A DNA stretch of 64,000 bases. Source: Archaeoglobus sp. JdFR-37 (lineage in GTDB: Archaea > Halobacteriota > Archaeoglobi > Archaeoglobales > Archaeoglobaceae). The DNA is taken from contig MTMY01000021.1 in NCBI GenBank assembly GCA_002010215.1, positions 1 through 64,000 on the forward strand. Reading direction: 5' to 3'. Below, one piece after another: positions 8,899 to 20,026 of the stretch (position 1 is its first letter; the number at the start of each line of letters is the position of its first letter). The notes beneath the pieces were generated by a model. That model was not told where the DNA came from. It made no database searches and worked only from the letters and a program-made list of their open reading frames with translations. A program made the translations under genes and the position numbers.

Positions 8899-9774
8899 AT
8901 GAAAACTGCGCTGAAGATAGTCGTCATACTACTCACAACATCCCTTTTCATAGGCTGTACTGGCCTAGGAAAACCAGAGGTTGTGAGAATCGAAAATGAG
9001 TGGGGGGAAGTCAACGAAGATTATACTGAGGTCCTAACAAAAATTGTGGTGGACAATCCCAACCCTGTGCCGATACCAATCAGCGCTGTTGAGACCGAGC
9101 TGTACCTGAATGGAATAAAGATGGGCAGTGGTAAAAACATCAATTCTGCTTCTATCGAGCCAGGTGAAAGCGTTATTGTTCTTTCCACCAAAATTGAGAA
9201 CGACAAGATTCCAGAATGGTGGGTAAGCCATATAAAGAATGGTGAGAGGAGCAAGGTAACTCTGAAAGGATATCTTGTTTTTGATCTCAAAATCACCCAG
9301 TTCAGATTCCCAATTGAAGAGGAGAGCAATATACAGACTGACATCCTTAGTTCACTCAGCTTTACCAGAGACTTTGGAGTTGGACCTGCGAAAATCACAG
9401 TTTCTATGAAGTCATCATGGGGCGAAGTATCATCCACGACGACCCAGATATTACATACTGCCACCTTCACAAATCCGAACTCATTCCCGATCCCACTTCT
9501 GGCTACTGACTACACCATCACCCTCAACAACATCGAGATTGGCAGAGGAGAGATAGGAGATGTGACAATCAAGCCAAACGCCAAGACCACTGTCACTTTC
9601 ACAACATACATAGAGAATGAGAAACTTAAGGAGTGGTGGGTCAGCCATATCAGGAATAGCGAAAAGAGTATAATACGAATGAATCTGGCTCCAGAGTTTG
9701 AGATCCTAGGCCAGAAGTTTAAAATTCCGGTAGTAAACGTTGAATCGGAGTTTAGCACCAGCATACTCAGTTAA
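8899..9774 (+). CDS. LEA type 2 / WHy double-domain lipoprotein
   Basis: Lipobox-like LFIGC; two NPN motifs; repeated EWWVSHI(K/R)N. Confidence 0.8.
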   Translation: MKTALKIVVILLTTSLFIGCTGLGKPEVVRIENEWGEVNEDYTEVLTKIVVDNPNPVPIPISAVETELYLNGIKMGSGKNINSASIEPGESVIVLSTKIENDKIPEWWVSHIKNGERSKVTLKGYLVFDLKITQFRFPIEEESNIQTDILSSLSFTRDFGVGPAKITVSMKSSWGEVSSTTTQILHTATFTNPNSFPIPLLATDYTITLNNIEIGRGEIGDVTIKPNAKTTVTFTTYIENEKLKEWWVSHIRNSEKSIIRMNLAPEFEILGQKFKIPVVNVESEFSTSILS

Positions 9775-9887
9775 ACCCCCAGAAACTTTAGTCATATCTT
9801 TTTACTATATCAAACATATTACAATTATTAATACGAGACAAGGCAATATTTATATCACCTAATCTTGCAGCGTGATTGGTGAGGCTA

Positions 9888-11087
9888 ATGAAGAACATAT
9901 TCGTAGAGCAGCTCATTCACACTCCAATTGAACATCAAGTAGTGGAGATAGTCGAAAGGAAGGGTATAGGGCATCCCGATAGCCTTGCAGACGGGATGGC
10001 AGAGGCGATGAGCAGGGCTCTCAGCAAGGAGTATCTCAAGCGGGTGGGAGTTATCCTCCACCACAATACCGACGAGACACAGATTGTTGCCGGAAGAGCC
10101 AATCCAGAGTTTGGTGGGGGCGAAGTGATTCAGCCCATTTACGTTTTGCTGGTGGGCAGAGCTACCAAGTTCTTCGACGGAATACACATTCCTGCAGACA
10201 AAATTGCCTTAAAGGCCGCTAAAGACTATATAAAGCAAGCAATGGCTAACTTGGACCCAGAAAGTGAAATGATCTTCGATGTGAGACTCGGAGAGGGTTC
10301 CACAGACTTGAAGGACGTGTTTCAGAGAAGAAGCGGGAAAGCAGCTTTGGCTAATGATACAAGTTTCGGTATAGGGTTTGCCCCTCTCAGCGACACCGAG
10401 AGACTAGTTTACAATGTAGAGCGAAGAATTTACAATGAATTCAGGAAAAAAGAGAAAGCAGTAGGAGAGGATATCAAGGTTATGGGGCTTAGAGAGAATG
10501 ATAGAATAACTCTAACGATTGCCTGTGCCTTTGTCGGCAGACATCTTTCCGACATTAAGGAGTATGTCACGGTAAAGGAAGATTTGACCTCGTTTGTGAA
10601 AGAGCTTGCATCAGAATATACTGAGAAAAATGTGGATGTTTATGTTAACACTGCCGACGACTATGACAGAGGGTGTGTTTACCTAACAGTTACCGGCACA
10701 TCTGCCGAGAATGGTGATGACGGAAGTGTTGGGAGAGGTAACAGGTGCAATGGGATTATCACGCCAGGCAGACCCATGTCCATGGAAGCTACAAGCGGGA
10801 AGAATCCAATCAACCACGTTGGCAAGATATACAACATATTGGCAAATCTGATTGCTAGGGATTGTGTTGAGGCTGTTGAAGGGATACAAGAGGTTTACGT
10901 GAGAATTCTGTCTCAGATAGGAAAGCCCATTGATGAGCCGAAAGCTCTGAGTATTCAGATAATTCCGAAGAAGGGATTCGATATAGAAAAGATGGAGCCA
11001 AAAGTTAGAACAGTTGCTGAGGAATGGTTAGAAGATATAAACAAAGTAACAGAGATGGTGATAAACGGAGAAGTCAGCACATTTTAG
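9888..11087 (+). CDS. mat: Archaeal S-adenosylmethionine synthetase
   Basis: [28 protein letters not shown] and [13 protein letters not shown] motifs. Confidence 0.97.
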   Translation: MKNIFVEQLIHTPIEHQVVEIVERKGIGHPDSLADGMAEAMSRALSKEYLKRVGVILHHNTDETQIVAGRANPEFGGGEVIQPIYVLLVGRATKFFDGIHIPADKIALKAAKDYIKQAMANLDPESEMIFDVRLGEGSTDLKDVFQRRSGKAALANDTSFGIGFAPLSDTERLVYNVERRIYNEFRKKEKAVGEDIKVMGLRENDRITLTIACAFVGRHLSDIKEYVTVKEDLTSFVKELASEYTEKNVDVYVNTADDYDRGCVYLTVTGTSAENGDDGSVGRGNRCNGIITPGRPMSMEATSGKNPINHVGKIYNILANLIARDCVEAVEGIQEVYVRILSQIGKPIDEPKALSIQIIPKKGFDIEKMEPKVRTVAEEWLEDINKVTEMVINGEVSTF

Positions 11088-11234
11088 TTTTTCATTGGTT
11101 TATTTCAAATTATAACAACCCCTTTTCTACCCTTTTCTACCCCAAATTTTGACATTATCGTACTTAATATCTTTAATCGTTTCTTATCATCACCTTGCAT
11201 GTAACCTTTTTTAACCTGCCACCATTTTTTAGTC

Positions 11235-12248
11235 ATGATTCGCATTGACGGCAGTCATGGCGAGGGTGGAGGACAGATTCTCAGAACCGCCATCGCTCTT
11301 TCCTGCATCACTGGAGAGGCTGTGGAAGTTTATAACATCAGAGCCAACCGCCCTAAACCTGGCTTAGCAGCACAGCATCTCAAAGGGATTGAAGCCGCTA
11401 AAATAATCAGCAATGCCGAAGTTGAAGGGCTAAAAATAGGGTCCACTCGCATCGTATTCCAACCAAGAGCACTGAAAGGAGGAGAATTCAAAATAAATAT
11501 TGGTACAGCCGGAAGCGTAACACTGATTCTTCAAACCATTCTGCTCCCATCTCTTGCTGCAGAAAGAGAGAGTATTTTTGAGATCACTGGTGGAACTGAT
11601 GTAAACTGGAGCCCTCCAGTTGACTATGCTAAAAACATCACATTAAGAGCTTTGAAGGAGATGGGTGCCCAAGTAGAAATGGAGCTAATTGCAAGGGGAT
11701 ATTATCCTAAAGGTGGTGGCAGAGTGACTGTCAGAGTTTCCCCATCGAAGCTTGAAGGAAGAATCTTTGAGAGGATTGAAGAAAGTGTAGGGGGAATCAG
11801 TCACTGCTCCAATCTACCTGCCCATATTGCCAAACGACAGGCTGAATCAGCAATGAATTTGATTAAAGACCACGGATATGATGTACATATCGATACTGAA
11901 GTCAGGAATGATTTCTCTACAGGAAGCGGGATAACGCTATGGAGCGGATATAAAGGTGGCAGTGCCTTGGGAGAGAGGGGAAAGAGGGCAGAGGTCGTTG
12001 GAGAAGAGGCTGCGAGAATTTTGCTGGAAGAGCTCGAAAGTCATGCTGCTTTTGATTATCATCTTGCCGATCAGATTATCCCCTTCGCTGCTGTAGCCAG
12101 AGGTAAAACTGCATACACCACAAGCAAGGTGACAATGCACCAGAAAAGCAATGCTTATGTCATACAGCAATTCCTTGGAGATGTCACTAAGATTATTAAA
12201 ATTAATGAACACTCACAGATAAGCATCAATGGAAAATCTCTAATTTGA
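11235..12248 (+). CDS. rtcA: RNA 3'-terminal phosphate cyclase
   Basis: DGSHGEGGGQILR, RGYYPKGGG and HLADQ motifs. Confidence 0.97.
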   Translation: MIRIDGSHGEGGGQILRTAIALSCITGEAVEVYNIRANRPKPGLAAQHLKGIEAAKIISNAEVEGLKIGSTRIVFQPRALKGGEFKINIGTAGSVTLILQTILLPSLAAERESIFEITGGTDVNWSPPVDYAKNITLRALKEMGAQVEMELIARGYYPKGGGRVTVRVSPSKLEGRIFERIEESVGGISHCSNLPAHIAKRQAESAMNLIKDHGYDVHIDTEVRNDFSTGSGITLWSGYKGGSALGERGKRAEVVGEEAARILLEELESHAAFDYHLADQIIPFAAVARGKTAYTTSKVTMHQKSNAYVIQQFLGDVTKIIKINEHSQISINGKSLI

Positions 12249-12480
12249 CGAACGAGTTAGACGGGTTAGGCAAAACCCTAGACAGCAAAACCTAGACAAC
12301 AACATATCTACAAGTCCTCATCCAGTAATGCTACCCTCTTTGGTGAACTCCGAATCTGACAGAACAACATCTTCATCTATAACCTCTTAAAGAATTGCAG
12401 CTACAGCCATGGCAAATAGACAAAAAGCTTTTTCAGATTTTAAAACATCATGGACGCCTGTTTCAGCAATTTTATACTTA

Positions 12481-13018
12481 TTTATCTCCAGCGGGTGGGA
12501 AGTCCACTTGCGTGAGAGGCTGTCCGAAAATTCCCAATTTTTGACTGCCCCACCCCAACATACAAATCATTTATCTTAAATCGTAAATTTTTAATATATT
12601 AATCATTAAAAACTGACAAATAAGGTGATAGTATGGCATTTTACAAAGACATGCGAAACCAGAACTGGCTCTTCCCGCCGAGCATTCTCGAAAAGGAAGC
12701 GCAAAAACCTAGCTACGGACTTCAGAAGAAAACTTGCCGTTGAAATAGCAGAGCACTTCAGCGATGCAATCATCTTCATAGGCCATCCCGCCAGTATAGG
12801 AGACAAGCACTACAAGGGATCAGGCCACCGCAAAAACAGGAAACGCATCAACCACTGGCCATTTCGAGAGTTTGCTGTAATGCTGTGAAGAACATCCTTA
12901 GGAAAGGAATTGAAGTGCTCGAAAGAGCGGGGGCTGCCGTAAACCAGCCCGAACTGTGGATGATGGGGCTAAGGCCCCTGAACACAGAAGCTCCGTCCGT
13001 GAGGGTGGAGTAGTTCAC
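12481..13018 (+). mobile_element. Internally deleted IS200/IS605-family (tnpB) element
   Basis: TTTAT plus a left hairpin GCGGGTGGG-AAG-TCCACTTGC; tnpB fragments; right end GAAGCTCCGTCCGTGAGGGTGGAGTAGTTCAC. Confidence 0.7.
12625..13013 (+). pseudogene. tnpB: TnpB remnant
   Basis: KNLATDFRRKLAVEIA...RKRINHWPFREF followed out of frame by NAVKNILRKG...EAPSVRVE; RuvC-I and the Zn finger are missing. Confidence 0.75.
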
Positions 13019-13035
13019 TTCATCAATCAAATAGA

Positions 13036-13098
13036 AGATGTAAGCCCGGATTGCCGCAGAGCCTCATGCTTTTCAGCTCTGTCGGTTCCCCGGGCCTG
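13036..13098 (-). ncRNA. Single-hairpin box H/ACA guide sRNA
   Basis: GGCCCGG-GGAACCGA-CAGAGC-TGAAAAGCATGAG-GCTCTG-CGGCAAT-CCGGGCTT-ACA: lower stem, pocket, K-loop and ACA box; TATATA upstream. Confidence 0.8.
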
Positions 13099-13148
13099 TT
13101 TAGGAATAGCGTTAAACCATATATATCCTTGACGCTTCAAGGCAAGAG

Positions 13149-13943
13149 ATGAGAATTGCTGTGAGATTGGCATACATAGGCACCGATTTTCATGGGAGTC
13201 AGTATCAGCCGGATCTTAGGACGGTTGAAGGAGAGCTTTTCAAAGCCTTGGAGAAGATGGAAATAGACCCAAAAGGCTCAAGATTTCGCATGGCTGGCAG
13301 AACGGATGCGGGAGTTCATGCCATTGCCCAGACCTTTGCCGTTGATGTGGAGAGCACCCATCCTCATTTTCTTCGAATTCTCAACAGTCATCTGCCCAGA
13401 GATATGGCAGTATGGGCAGTTGCAGAGGTATCGGAGGATTTTGACCCAAGATACAACGCCCTTAGCAGAACCTATGTTTATGCAATGGTTTACGGCAAAG
13501 GTGAACATGGTGAATATGATTTTGATACCATGGTTAAATGTGTGAAGAAACTTAAAGGAACCCATGACTTCTCAAATTTTACAAAAGGATTCGATGGAGG
13601 TAAAAGAGAGGTTTACAGAGCAGAATTGAGACAAAAAGGGGAGTTCATTTATCTGGAAATTGAAGCCAACGCCTTTACTTGGAACATGGTCAGATGCATC
13701 GCTTCTGCTTTGAGAGCAGTTGGGAGAGGTGACAAAAGTGTTCAGTGGTTTGAAGAGATGCTTAAACCTGAAGTTCGTAAAGAACGCATTGAACCTGCCA
13801 GCCCTCACGGCCTCATTTTAAAGGATGTGAAGTACAATGTTGATTTTGAAGTAGATCTATACTCGTTCTCCCTAGTAAAGAAAATGTTTAATAGAGCTAT
13901 AGATTACCACGGCTCCATTTTCGGAGCTCTATCAGTTTTATGA
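13149..13943 (+). CDS. truA: tRNA pseudouridine(38-40) synthase
   Basis: AGRTDAGVHA, GTHDFSNF and FTWNMVR motifs. Confidence 0.95.
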   Translation: MRIAVRLAYIGTDFHGSQYQPDLRTVEGELFKALEKMEIDPKGSRFRMAGRTDAGVHAIAQTFAVDVESTHPHFLRILNSHLPRDMAVWAVAEVSEDFDPRYNALSRTYVYAMVYGKGEHGEYDFDTMVKCVKKLKGTHDFSNFTKGFDGGKREVYRAELRQKGEFIYLEIEANAFTWNMVRCIASALRAVGRGDKSVQWFEEMLKPEVRKERIEPASPHGLILKDVKYNVDFEVDLYSFSLVKKMFNRAIDYHGSIFGALSVL

Positions 13944-14037
13944 GTAGAATTAAGGTGGAAGTAAGCTTTTTCAACATTTTCACGCTTTGTCATGCCAAAT
14001 CCAAAAATTTTTTAGGTGACGCGTATTCTTCTGGCCG

Positions 14038-16122
14038 ATGATATGTGATGCATGCAATGGCAGAGGTTACGTAGAAGTCAACGAAACATGCAGGATTTGT
14101 GGAGGAAGTGGAAAGACAAAGAGTTTCGACCCGAAAATCAGCGGTGAGTTAAGCGAAGAGCAGATCCAGATGTTTCTGAAAGGGATCTGCGGAGTTTGCA
14201 GTGGGACTGGGACTGCAAGGAGGATGGAAGTTTGCAAAGAGTGCAGAGGGAGTGGAAAAGCTGGAAAATGCAGAATCTGTGGAGGTAAGGTGATTGGAGA
14301 GGGAGATCTCTGCAAAGAATGCAGGAAAAAGCCTCATGCTTATCTGCTGAAAAATAGCTGCGGAATTGAAGAGGTAAGGCTTAATCGAGTGTATGTCGGG
14401 AGAGTTTCTGCTGTAAGCGAAATTGGAGTTTTTGTCAACCTCAATAAGAGGCTTAGAGGCCTCATCCACAGGAAAAATCTCGGAAATGCCAAGCTTTCTG
14501 AAGATGATGAAGTTCTTGTTAAGGTTACCGGCATCAGGCCAACGGGGGAGATTGATCTCACCCTCTCACCTATGGACGGCTATTCAGTTGTTGAGGTCTC
14601 CAAAGACGTCCCATTTTACAGAATAGCTGATCTGGAGACTGTCGTGGGAAAGATGGTAGGCATAAAGGGGAAGGTGACTCACATAAGGCAGACATCCGGT
14701 CCTACAATTTTCACCATAATAGATGAAACCGGAAACGTGAATGCAGCGGCCTTTGAGAGTGGTGACAGGGCCTATCCAGAGATCAAAGTTGATGATGTTG
14801 TTAAGATAATTGGAATCGTCAAGAGAAGAGATTCTAAGCTTCAGGTTGAAGTTCTTGAAATGGAAAGGCTTCTGGGCGAGGAGGCATATACCATTTCAAA
14901 GAGAATACAGCATAAGTTAGAAAAGCTCAGCGAACCAGAATTCCAAGGATTTTTAATTGAAAGCGATGTTCTGATGAGGTTGAAAGAGGAAATGCTAGCT
15001 GTCGCAAGAACTCTCAGGAAAGCTGTTTTTGAATCCCGACCCATAATAATACGGCACCATTGGGATGCTGATGGAACCTGCGGCGGAGTTGCTCTGGAAA
15101 GAGCTTTGATGGAGCTCGTTGAGAAATTCAACCCTGATCCTGAGGCAAAGTACTTCCTGATAAAGAGGAAGGTTTCAAGGGCCCCATTTTATGAGATGGA
15201 GGATGTGGTTAAAGATTTAGATGAATCACTTGAAGATGCTGAGAGATATGGTGACAAAATCCCGCTGGTTGTGCTTGTTGACAACGGTTCAGGGTATGAG
15301 GATGTCCCTGCCATCAGAAACTTCCTGATTTTCGGGGCAGATGTGCTAACTATTGACCACCATTTTCCAGATGAAGAAGTTGATCAGTACCTTCTTCACC
15401 ACGTAAATCCGTACAAGGTAGGAGGAGACAGTAACTACACTTCAGGAATTCTCTGCGTTGAGATTGCAAGAATGATAAATCCAGAGTGCGAGGGGCTTGA
15501 AGTGCTTGCGGCGGTTTCTGTTGTTGGAGACCGAAGCGAGGGAGAAGTAGGGGAGTACGTAAAGCTAGCAGGGCTTCCAAGGGAAAAGCTTTACGACATC
15601 GGCTTATCTCTGGAATATGAAGGCTTCTTCCTGCGATTCAGGTCTGCTAGCCAAATTATCCACGAGATTCTAGGGTTTGGGAGAAAAGATAGACAGCAAA
15701 AGCTTGTTTCACTCCTATCTTCCCTAGCCAAGGAATCAATTGAAGCCCAGCTTGAGACAGCTATGGAAGGCGTTAAGGTGCAGATGCTTCCCAATGGAAT
15801 TGCCCTTGCAGCCTTCGATGTTGAGAATTATGCCAGACGCTTTACATTCCCTCCACCAGGAAAATTGACTGGAGAGGTGCATGACCGGCTAAAGAAACAG
15901 TACGAGAGGATAGTAACTATAGGCTATGGCCCAGACTTTGCAGTTATAAGGAGCGAGGGTGTGGAACTGGACATTCCACGCTTTGTAAGGGAGCTTCAGG
16001 AAGAGATAAAGGGAGGGGGAGTGGAAGGGGGAGGACATCTGGTAGTTGGGAGTATCAAGTTTATCCCAGCCAAGAGAAAAGAGGTTCTGGGGAAGCTAGC
16101 CACCAAAATTGGTTCCCTCTAG
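14038..16122 (+). CDS. Archaeal RecJ-like DHH phosphoesterase with DnaJ-type Zn finger, S1 and OB domains
   Basis: CxxCxGxG repeats; HHWDADG, VDNGSG, IDHH and GGGH motifs. Confidence 0.85.
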   Translation: MICDACNGRGYVEVNETCRICGGSGKTKSFDPKISGELSEEQIQMFLKGICGVCSGTGTARRMEVCKECRGSGKAGKCRICGGKVIGEGDLCKECRKKPHAYLLKNSCGIEEVRLNRVYVGRVSAVSEIGVFVNLNKRLRGLIHRKNLGNAKLSEDDEVLVKVTGIRPTGEIDLTLSPMDGYSVVEVSKDVPFYRIADLETVVGKMVGIKGKVTHIRQTSGPTIFTIIDETGNVNAAAFESGDRAYPEIKVDDVVKIIGIVKRRDSKLQVEVLEMERLLGEEAYTISKRIQHKLEKLSEPEFQGFLIESDVLMRLKEEMLAVARTLRKAVFESRPIIIRHHWDADGTCGGVALERALMELVEKFNPDPEAKYFLIKRKVSRAPFYEMEDVVKDLDESLEDAERYGDKIPLVVLVDNGSGYEDVPAIRNFLIFGADVLTIDHHFPDEEVDQYLLHHVNPYKVGGDSNYTSGILCVEIARMINPECEGLEVLAAVSVVGDRSEGEVGEYVKLAGLPREKLYDIGLSLEYEGFFLRFRSASQIIHEILGFGRKDRQQKLVSLLSSLAKESIEAQLETAMEGVKVQMLPNGIALAAFDVENYARRFTFPPPGKLTGEVHDRLKKQYERIVTIGYGPDFAVIRSEGVELDIPRFVRELQEEIKGGGVEGGGHLVVGSIKFIPAKRKEVLGKLATKIGSL

Positions 16123-16290
16123 GGAAATACAGAATTTCAGGAAAAGTCTAAGGGGAATTCAGGGAAAATTGCCATAATTATTCAGGTAAATATTACGTAT
16201 CCGCATCTTTTTTTCTGCGATATTAGCAAAGTTTATAATCAACGCCAGAAAGCGATTCTGAGCAACGGGCATTGGCCCTGGAGGGATTCC

Positions 16291-17718
16291 ATGAGGATCG
16301 TAATGAAGTTCGGAGGAGCCAGCGTAAAGGATGGGGAAAGTATTGCCCACTGTGCCAGTTTGGTGAGGAAGTATGCCAAAGACAATGAAATCGTTGTTGT
16401 GGTTTCAGCCATGGCTGGCATTACTGATTCTCTCCAGCATGCAGCCCAGAAATGCTTTTCTGAGCAGGCATCTGGTTTTATCAAGCTGTTCATTGCTGAA
16501 CTCACCAGAAAGCACTACGAAGCGGCTAAAATAGCCGTTAAAGACTCAACGGTTAGAGACAAGGTTCTGAATAAAATAGACAGGTTGCTGGATGAGCTGG
16601 AAAAGGTTCTGCTTGGCATAAGCTATTTAGGCGAGCTTACAAGGAGGAGTGAGGATTACATCCTTTCATTTGGTGAACGCCTTCTTGCCCCTATTTTCAG
16701 CGGGGCTCTCATGAGCATAGGTGTGGAGAGCGTTGCCTTAAGTGGAGGCGACGCAGGTATCATTACCGACAGGAATTTTGGCAGAGCAAAGCCACTGCCT
16801 GAAATTTACAGCATCATTCGAAGCAGGCTGGAACCCCTGATCACCCTGAAAAAGATTGTGCCTGTTATAACCGGCTTCATCGGAGTTACTGAAGATGGTA
16901 GCATCACAACCCTAGGCAGGGGCGGAAGCGATCTGACTGCTACACTACTAGCAGCAGCTCTGAGTGCTAACGAGGTCTGGTTGTGGAAGGAAGTTGATGG
17001 TGTGATGACGACAGATCCAAAAATTGTGCCTGAAGCTAGGCTTATCCCAGAGATAAGTTATCAAGAGGCTATGGAGCTCTCCCATTTCGGGGCAAAGATT
17101 CTGCACCCCAGGGCTCTTGAGCCGGTAATGAGGAGGAGAATCCCTGTAAGAATAAAGAATACCTTCAACCCGGATGGTGAGGGCACGGTAATCAAGGAGA
17201 GTTCGAATTCCGTTGAAGATATAGTCAAAGCTCTCAGCCTGATTGAGAGGGTTGGGATTATCAACATAAGCGGTGCAGGCTTTGATTTTGCCGAGATAAT
17301 GGCTGATGTTTTCGAAAGGTTGGCAGAGTATAAGGTAAACGTCATCATGGTATCCCAAAGCTCTTCAGAACTCAACCTGAGCATAGTGGTTGATGAGTCA
17401 GATTTGGAGAAGGCTGAGAGAGTGTTGAAGTACCTAGAGAATGGAATAGTAAAGGTATCAAATGTCAGGGATGTTGCGGTTATCTCAGCAGTTGGAGCAG
17501 GAATGGCTGGAACACCAGGCGTGGCAGGCAGAATTTTCTCAGCTCTTGGCAGGAACAAAATAAATGTTATAATGATAAGCCAGAGTTGCAGTGAGTACAA
17601 CGTCAGCTTTGCAGTTTCAAAAACCGACGGGCGGAGAGCTGTGAAGGTCTTACATGATGAATTCGGGCTGAGTAAAAAAGATGTGGGTCAGGTGTCAGCC
17701 AGCCTATCATTGAGGTAA
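16291..17718 (+). CDS. lysC: Aspartate kinase
   Basis: [17 protein letters not shown] and DPKIVP motifs; two ACT domains. Confidence 0.95.
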   Translation: MRIVMKFGGASVKDGESIAHCASLVRKYAKDNEIVVVVSAMAGITDSLQHAAQKCFSEQASGFIKLFIAELTRKHYEAAKIAVKDSTVRDKVLNKIDRLLDELEKVLLGISYLGELTRRSEDYILSFGERLLAPIFSGALMSIGVESVALSGGDAGIITDRNFGRAKPLPEIYSIIRSRLEPLITLKKIVPVITGFIGVTEDGSITTLGRGGSDLTATLLAAALSANEVWLWKEVDGVMTTDPKIVPEARLIPEISYQEAMELSHFGAKILHPRALEPVMRRRIPVRIKNTFNPDGEGTVIKESSNSVEDIVKALSLIERVGIINISGAGFDFAEIMADVFERLAEYKVNVIMVSQSSSELNLSIVVDESDLEKAERVLKYLENGIVKVSNVRDVAVISAVGAGMAGTPGVAGRIFSALGRNKINVIMISQSCSEYNVSFAVSKTDGRRAVKVLHDEFGLSKKDVGQVSASLSLR

Positions 17719-18977
17719 TCGTCGTAAGCCGCTAGGTCAAAATATCCGTGTCCGCTGAGGTTGAAGAGAATAACCTTCTCTTCCTTATTTTCTTTTGCTT
17801 TCAAGGCCTCGTCGATCACAACTCTTATGGCGTGATTCGATTCTGGAGCCGGCACTATGCCCTCAGTTCTTGCAAAAATCATTCCTGCATCGAAGGTAGG
17901 AACTTGCTTCACTGCTCTAGCCTCAATCAATCCATGTTTGTAGAGTAGACAAAGAGATGGTGCATCACCATGATATCGCAATCCACCAGCATGAATTGGT
18001 GGTGGAACGAAGTCGTGACCCAGAGTATACATTTTCAGGAGTGGTGTAAGCCCAGCATTATCTCCGAAATCATATTCGTATCTGCCAGCAGTGAGAGTTG
18101 GACAGGCTACTGGCTCAACAGCAATCGCCTTAACATCTTTTCCGAGCCCTATGAATGGATATGCCAGCCCAGCAAAGTTGCTGCCACCGCCAACGCATCC
18201 CACGACGATGTCAGGCTCATCTTCAGCAATCTCCATCTGTTTCATAGCTTCAAGCCCTATCACTGTCTGATGGAGTAGAACATGATTTAGAACGCTTCCG
18301 AGGCTGTATTTGGTATCCTCATTCTTTGCCGCATCCTCTACAGCCTCACTTATGGCTATTCCTAAGCTACCAGGGCTGTCAGGATCTGCTTCCAGCACCT
18401 TCTTTCCGCTCTCAGTTCTGTTTGACGGGCTCGGAATCACTTCTCCTCCCCAGGTTTCCATTAATATCCGCCTGTATGGCTTCTGGTTGTAGCTCACCCT
18501 AACCATGTAAACGGTACATTTCATCCCGAAAAGGGCTGTTGCATAGCATAATGCAGAACCCCATTGCCCAGCTCCTGTTTCAGTGGTAAGTCTTTCAACA
18601 CCCTCTTTCATGTTGTAAAATGCTTGGGGGATTGCAGTGTTAGGCTTGTGGCTTCCGGGTGGGCTGACACCCTCGTACTTGTAGTAGATTCTGGCAGGGG
18701 TTTTGAGGTACTCCTCAAGCCTCGTGGCCCGTATTAGAGGAGTAGGGCGGTATGTTTTGTAAACATCCCTAACTTCCTCAGGAATTCGAATCCATCTCTC
18801 CTGACTGACTTCCTGCATAATCAGCTCTCTCGGAAAGAGTGGCGCCAAGTCATCGGGAGATATTGGCTCTTTAGTGGCAGGATGTAGCGGTGGCGGCAGA
18901 GGTTCTGGAAGATCAGACAGAATGTTGTACCAGCTTTTTGGAATGTCCTCTTCATCAAGCACTATTTTTCGATTCAT
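17688..18977 (-). CDS. trpB2: Tryptophan synthase beta chain type 2
   Basis: [26 protein letters not shown] and NLSGHG motifs. Confidence 0.95.
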   Translation of the reverse strand: MNRKIVLDEEDIPKSWYNILSDLPEPLPPPLHPATKEPISPDDLAPLFPRELIMQEVSQERWIRIPEEVRDVYKTYRPTPLIRATRLEEYLKTPARIYYKYEGVSPPGSHKPNTAIPQAFYNMKEGVERLTTETGAGQWGSALCYATALFGMKCTVYMVRVSYNQKPYRRILMETWGGEVIPSPSNRTESGKKVLEADPDSPGSLGIAISEAVEDAAKNEDTKYSLGSVLNHVLLHQTVIGLEAMKQMEIAEDEPDIVVGCVGGGSNFAGLAYPFIGLGKDVKAIAVEPVACPTLTAGRYEYDFGDNAGLTPLLKMYTLGHDFVPPPIHAGGLRYHGDAPSLCLLYKHGLIEARAVKQVPTFDAGMIFARTEGIVPAPESNHAIRVVIDEALKAKENKEEKVILFNLSGHGYFDLAAYDDYLNDRLADT

Positions 18978-19138
18978 GAATTTTGGGAATCTTCCCACTA
19001 TTTAAGCTTTTTCTCAAAATGTGGGTAAATGGTAGATAGAGATTATAGGTTATCGAGAAAGTATTCAAACTTTGATTATGAACAAAACAAAAGCGATACA
19101 ATACTTCAAAAAGAGAAAACCGAAGAGAGAAAACCGAT

Positions 19139-19966
19139 TCAGAACTCCATAGCACTCTCCATCACTCTCTTCCTCAGCAACTTCGCAGTGGCTTTCATTG
19201 TCATCTCTGGGTAATATTTTATCTCGTCTCTGAAAACAAGGCTGATAATCTCTTCATCACTTATATCGCCCCTCTTAAGCCTGTTGTAGAGCTGGATCGT
19301 CTCGGAGAGGCTTTCTGAGATGAAATCGTCGCACGCCTTTCCGGTGAAATAGATATTGTGGGAGAGGCCAAGAATATATGGCTTCAACCCCTGAACTCGC
19401 TTTATGCTCTTCACATAATCTTCGAAGTTGTAGAAGAACATTGGAAGGATTCCACCTGATGAAAAAGCGAATCCCAGTGAATCATTCACAAAAACCGCAT
19501 TTTCTCGTCTCAGATAGGCCGATATGCAGTCTTTCGAATGACCTGGAGTTTCCATTATCTCCAATTCGCCAACCTGACTACCTTCGGTCACCTCGAGGTC
19601 TATGCTTACATTGAGCTTATCCATGCCCTCCTTCTTGTAGTAGTTTTTACAGAGCTCTGCATCATCCGCCTTCCAAGAATTGACTACCTTCTCCTTCCCT
19701 GCCAGCTCGGCTACTACTGGATGAGCTGCGATCTTTACATCGGGATAAACTTCCTTAAAAATTGCCACTCCGCCAACATGGTCAAAGTGTCCATGAGGTA
19801 CTATAACATAATCAGGCTCTACATCAAGCTCTTCAAGGAGTTTTTCAGCAGAACAGCTTAAACCAGCTTCAAAAATTACAACTTCTTCACCTTTAACCAC
19901 ATAGTAGTTTACCAGCCCAACCTTGTATAGAGTAATGCTCTTAGTCAGCTCAATAACATCTATCAT
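19139..19966 (-). CDS. MBL-fold metallo-hydrolase
   Basis: HGHFDH and TPGHS motifs. Confidence 0.85.
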   Translation of the reverse strand: MIDVIELTKSITLYKVGLVNYYVVKGEEVVIFEAGLSCSAEKLLEELDVEPDYVIVPHGHFDHVGGVAIFKEVYPDVKIAAHPVVAELAGKEKVVNSWKADDAELCKNYYKKEGMDKLNVSIDLEVTEGSQVGELEIMETPGHSKDCISAYLRRENAVFVNDSLGFAFSSGGILPMFFYNFEDYVKSIKRVQGLKPYILGLSHNIYFTGKACDDFISESLSETIQLYNRLKRGDISDEEIISLVFRDEIKYYPEMTMKATAKLLRKRVMESAMEF

Positions 19967-20026
19967 GCATCTTCAGTGCTCTTTCTAATAAAAAAATGTG
20001 ACGGTTTGCTCTTGAGATTTGAAGCC

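Noticed and set aside
8880..8914. Possible C/D box sRNA (ATGATGA...CTGA); a similar TGATGA lies at 63133
   Set aside because: Spacing is too short for two guides or the D box is absent; the first overlaps a CDS start
12250..12480. Possible degraded gene and short repeats (GCAAAACC(C)TAGACA x2) after rtcA
   Set aside because: No recognisable protein motif in any frame
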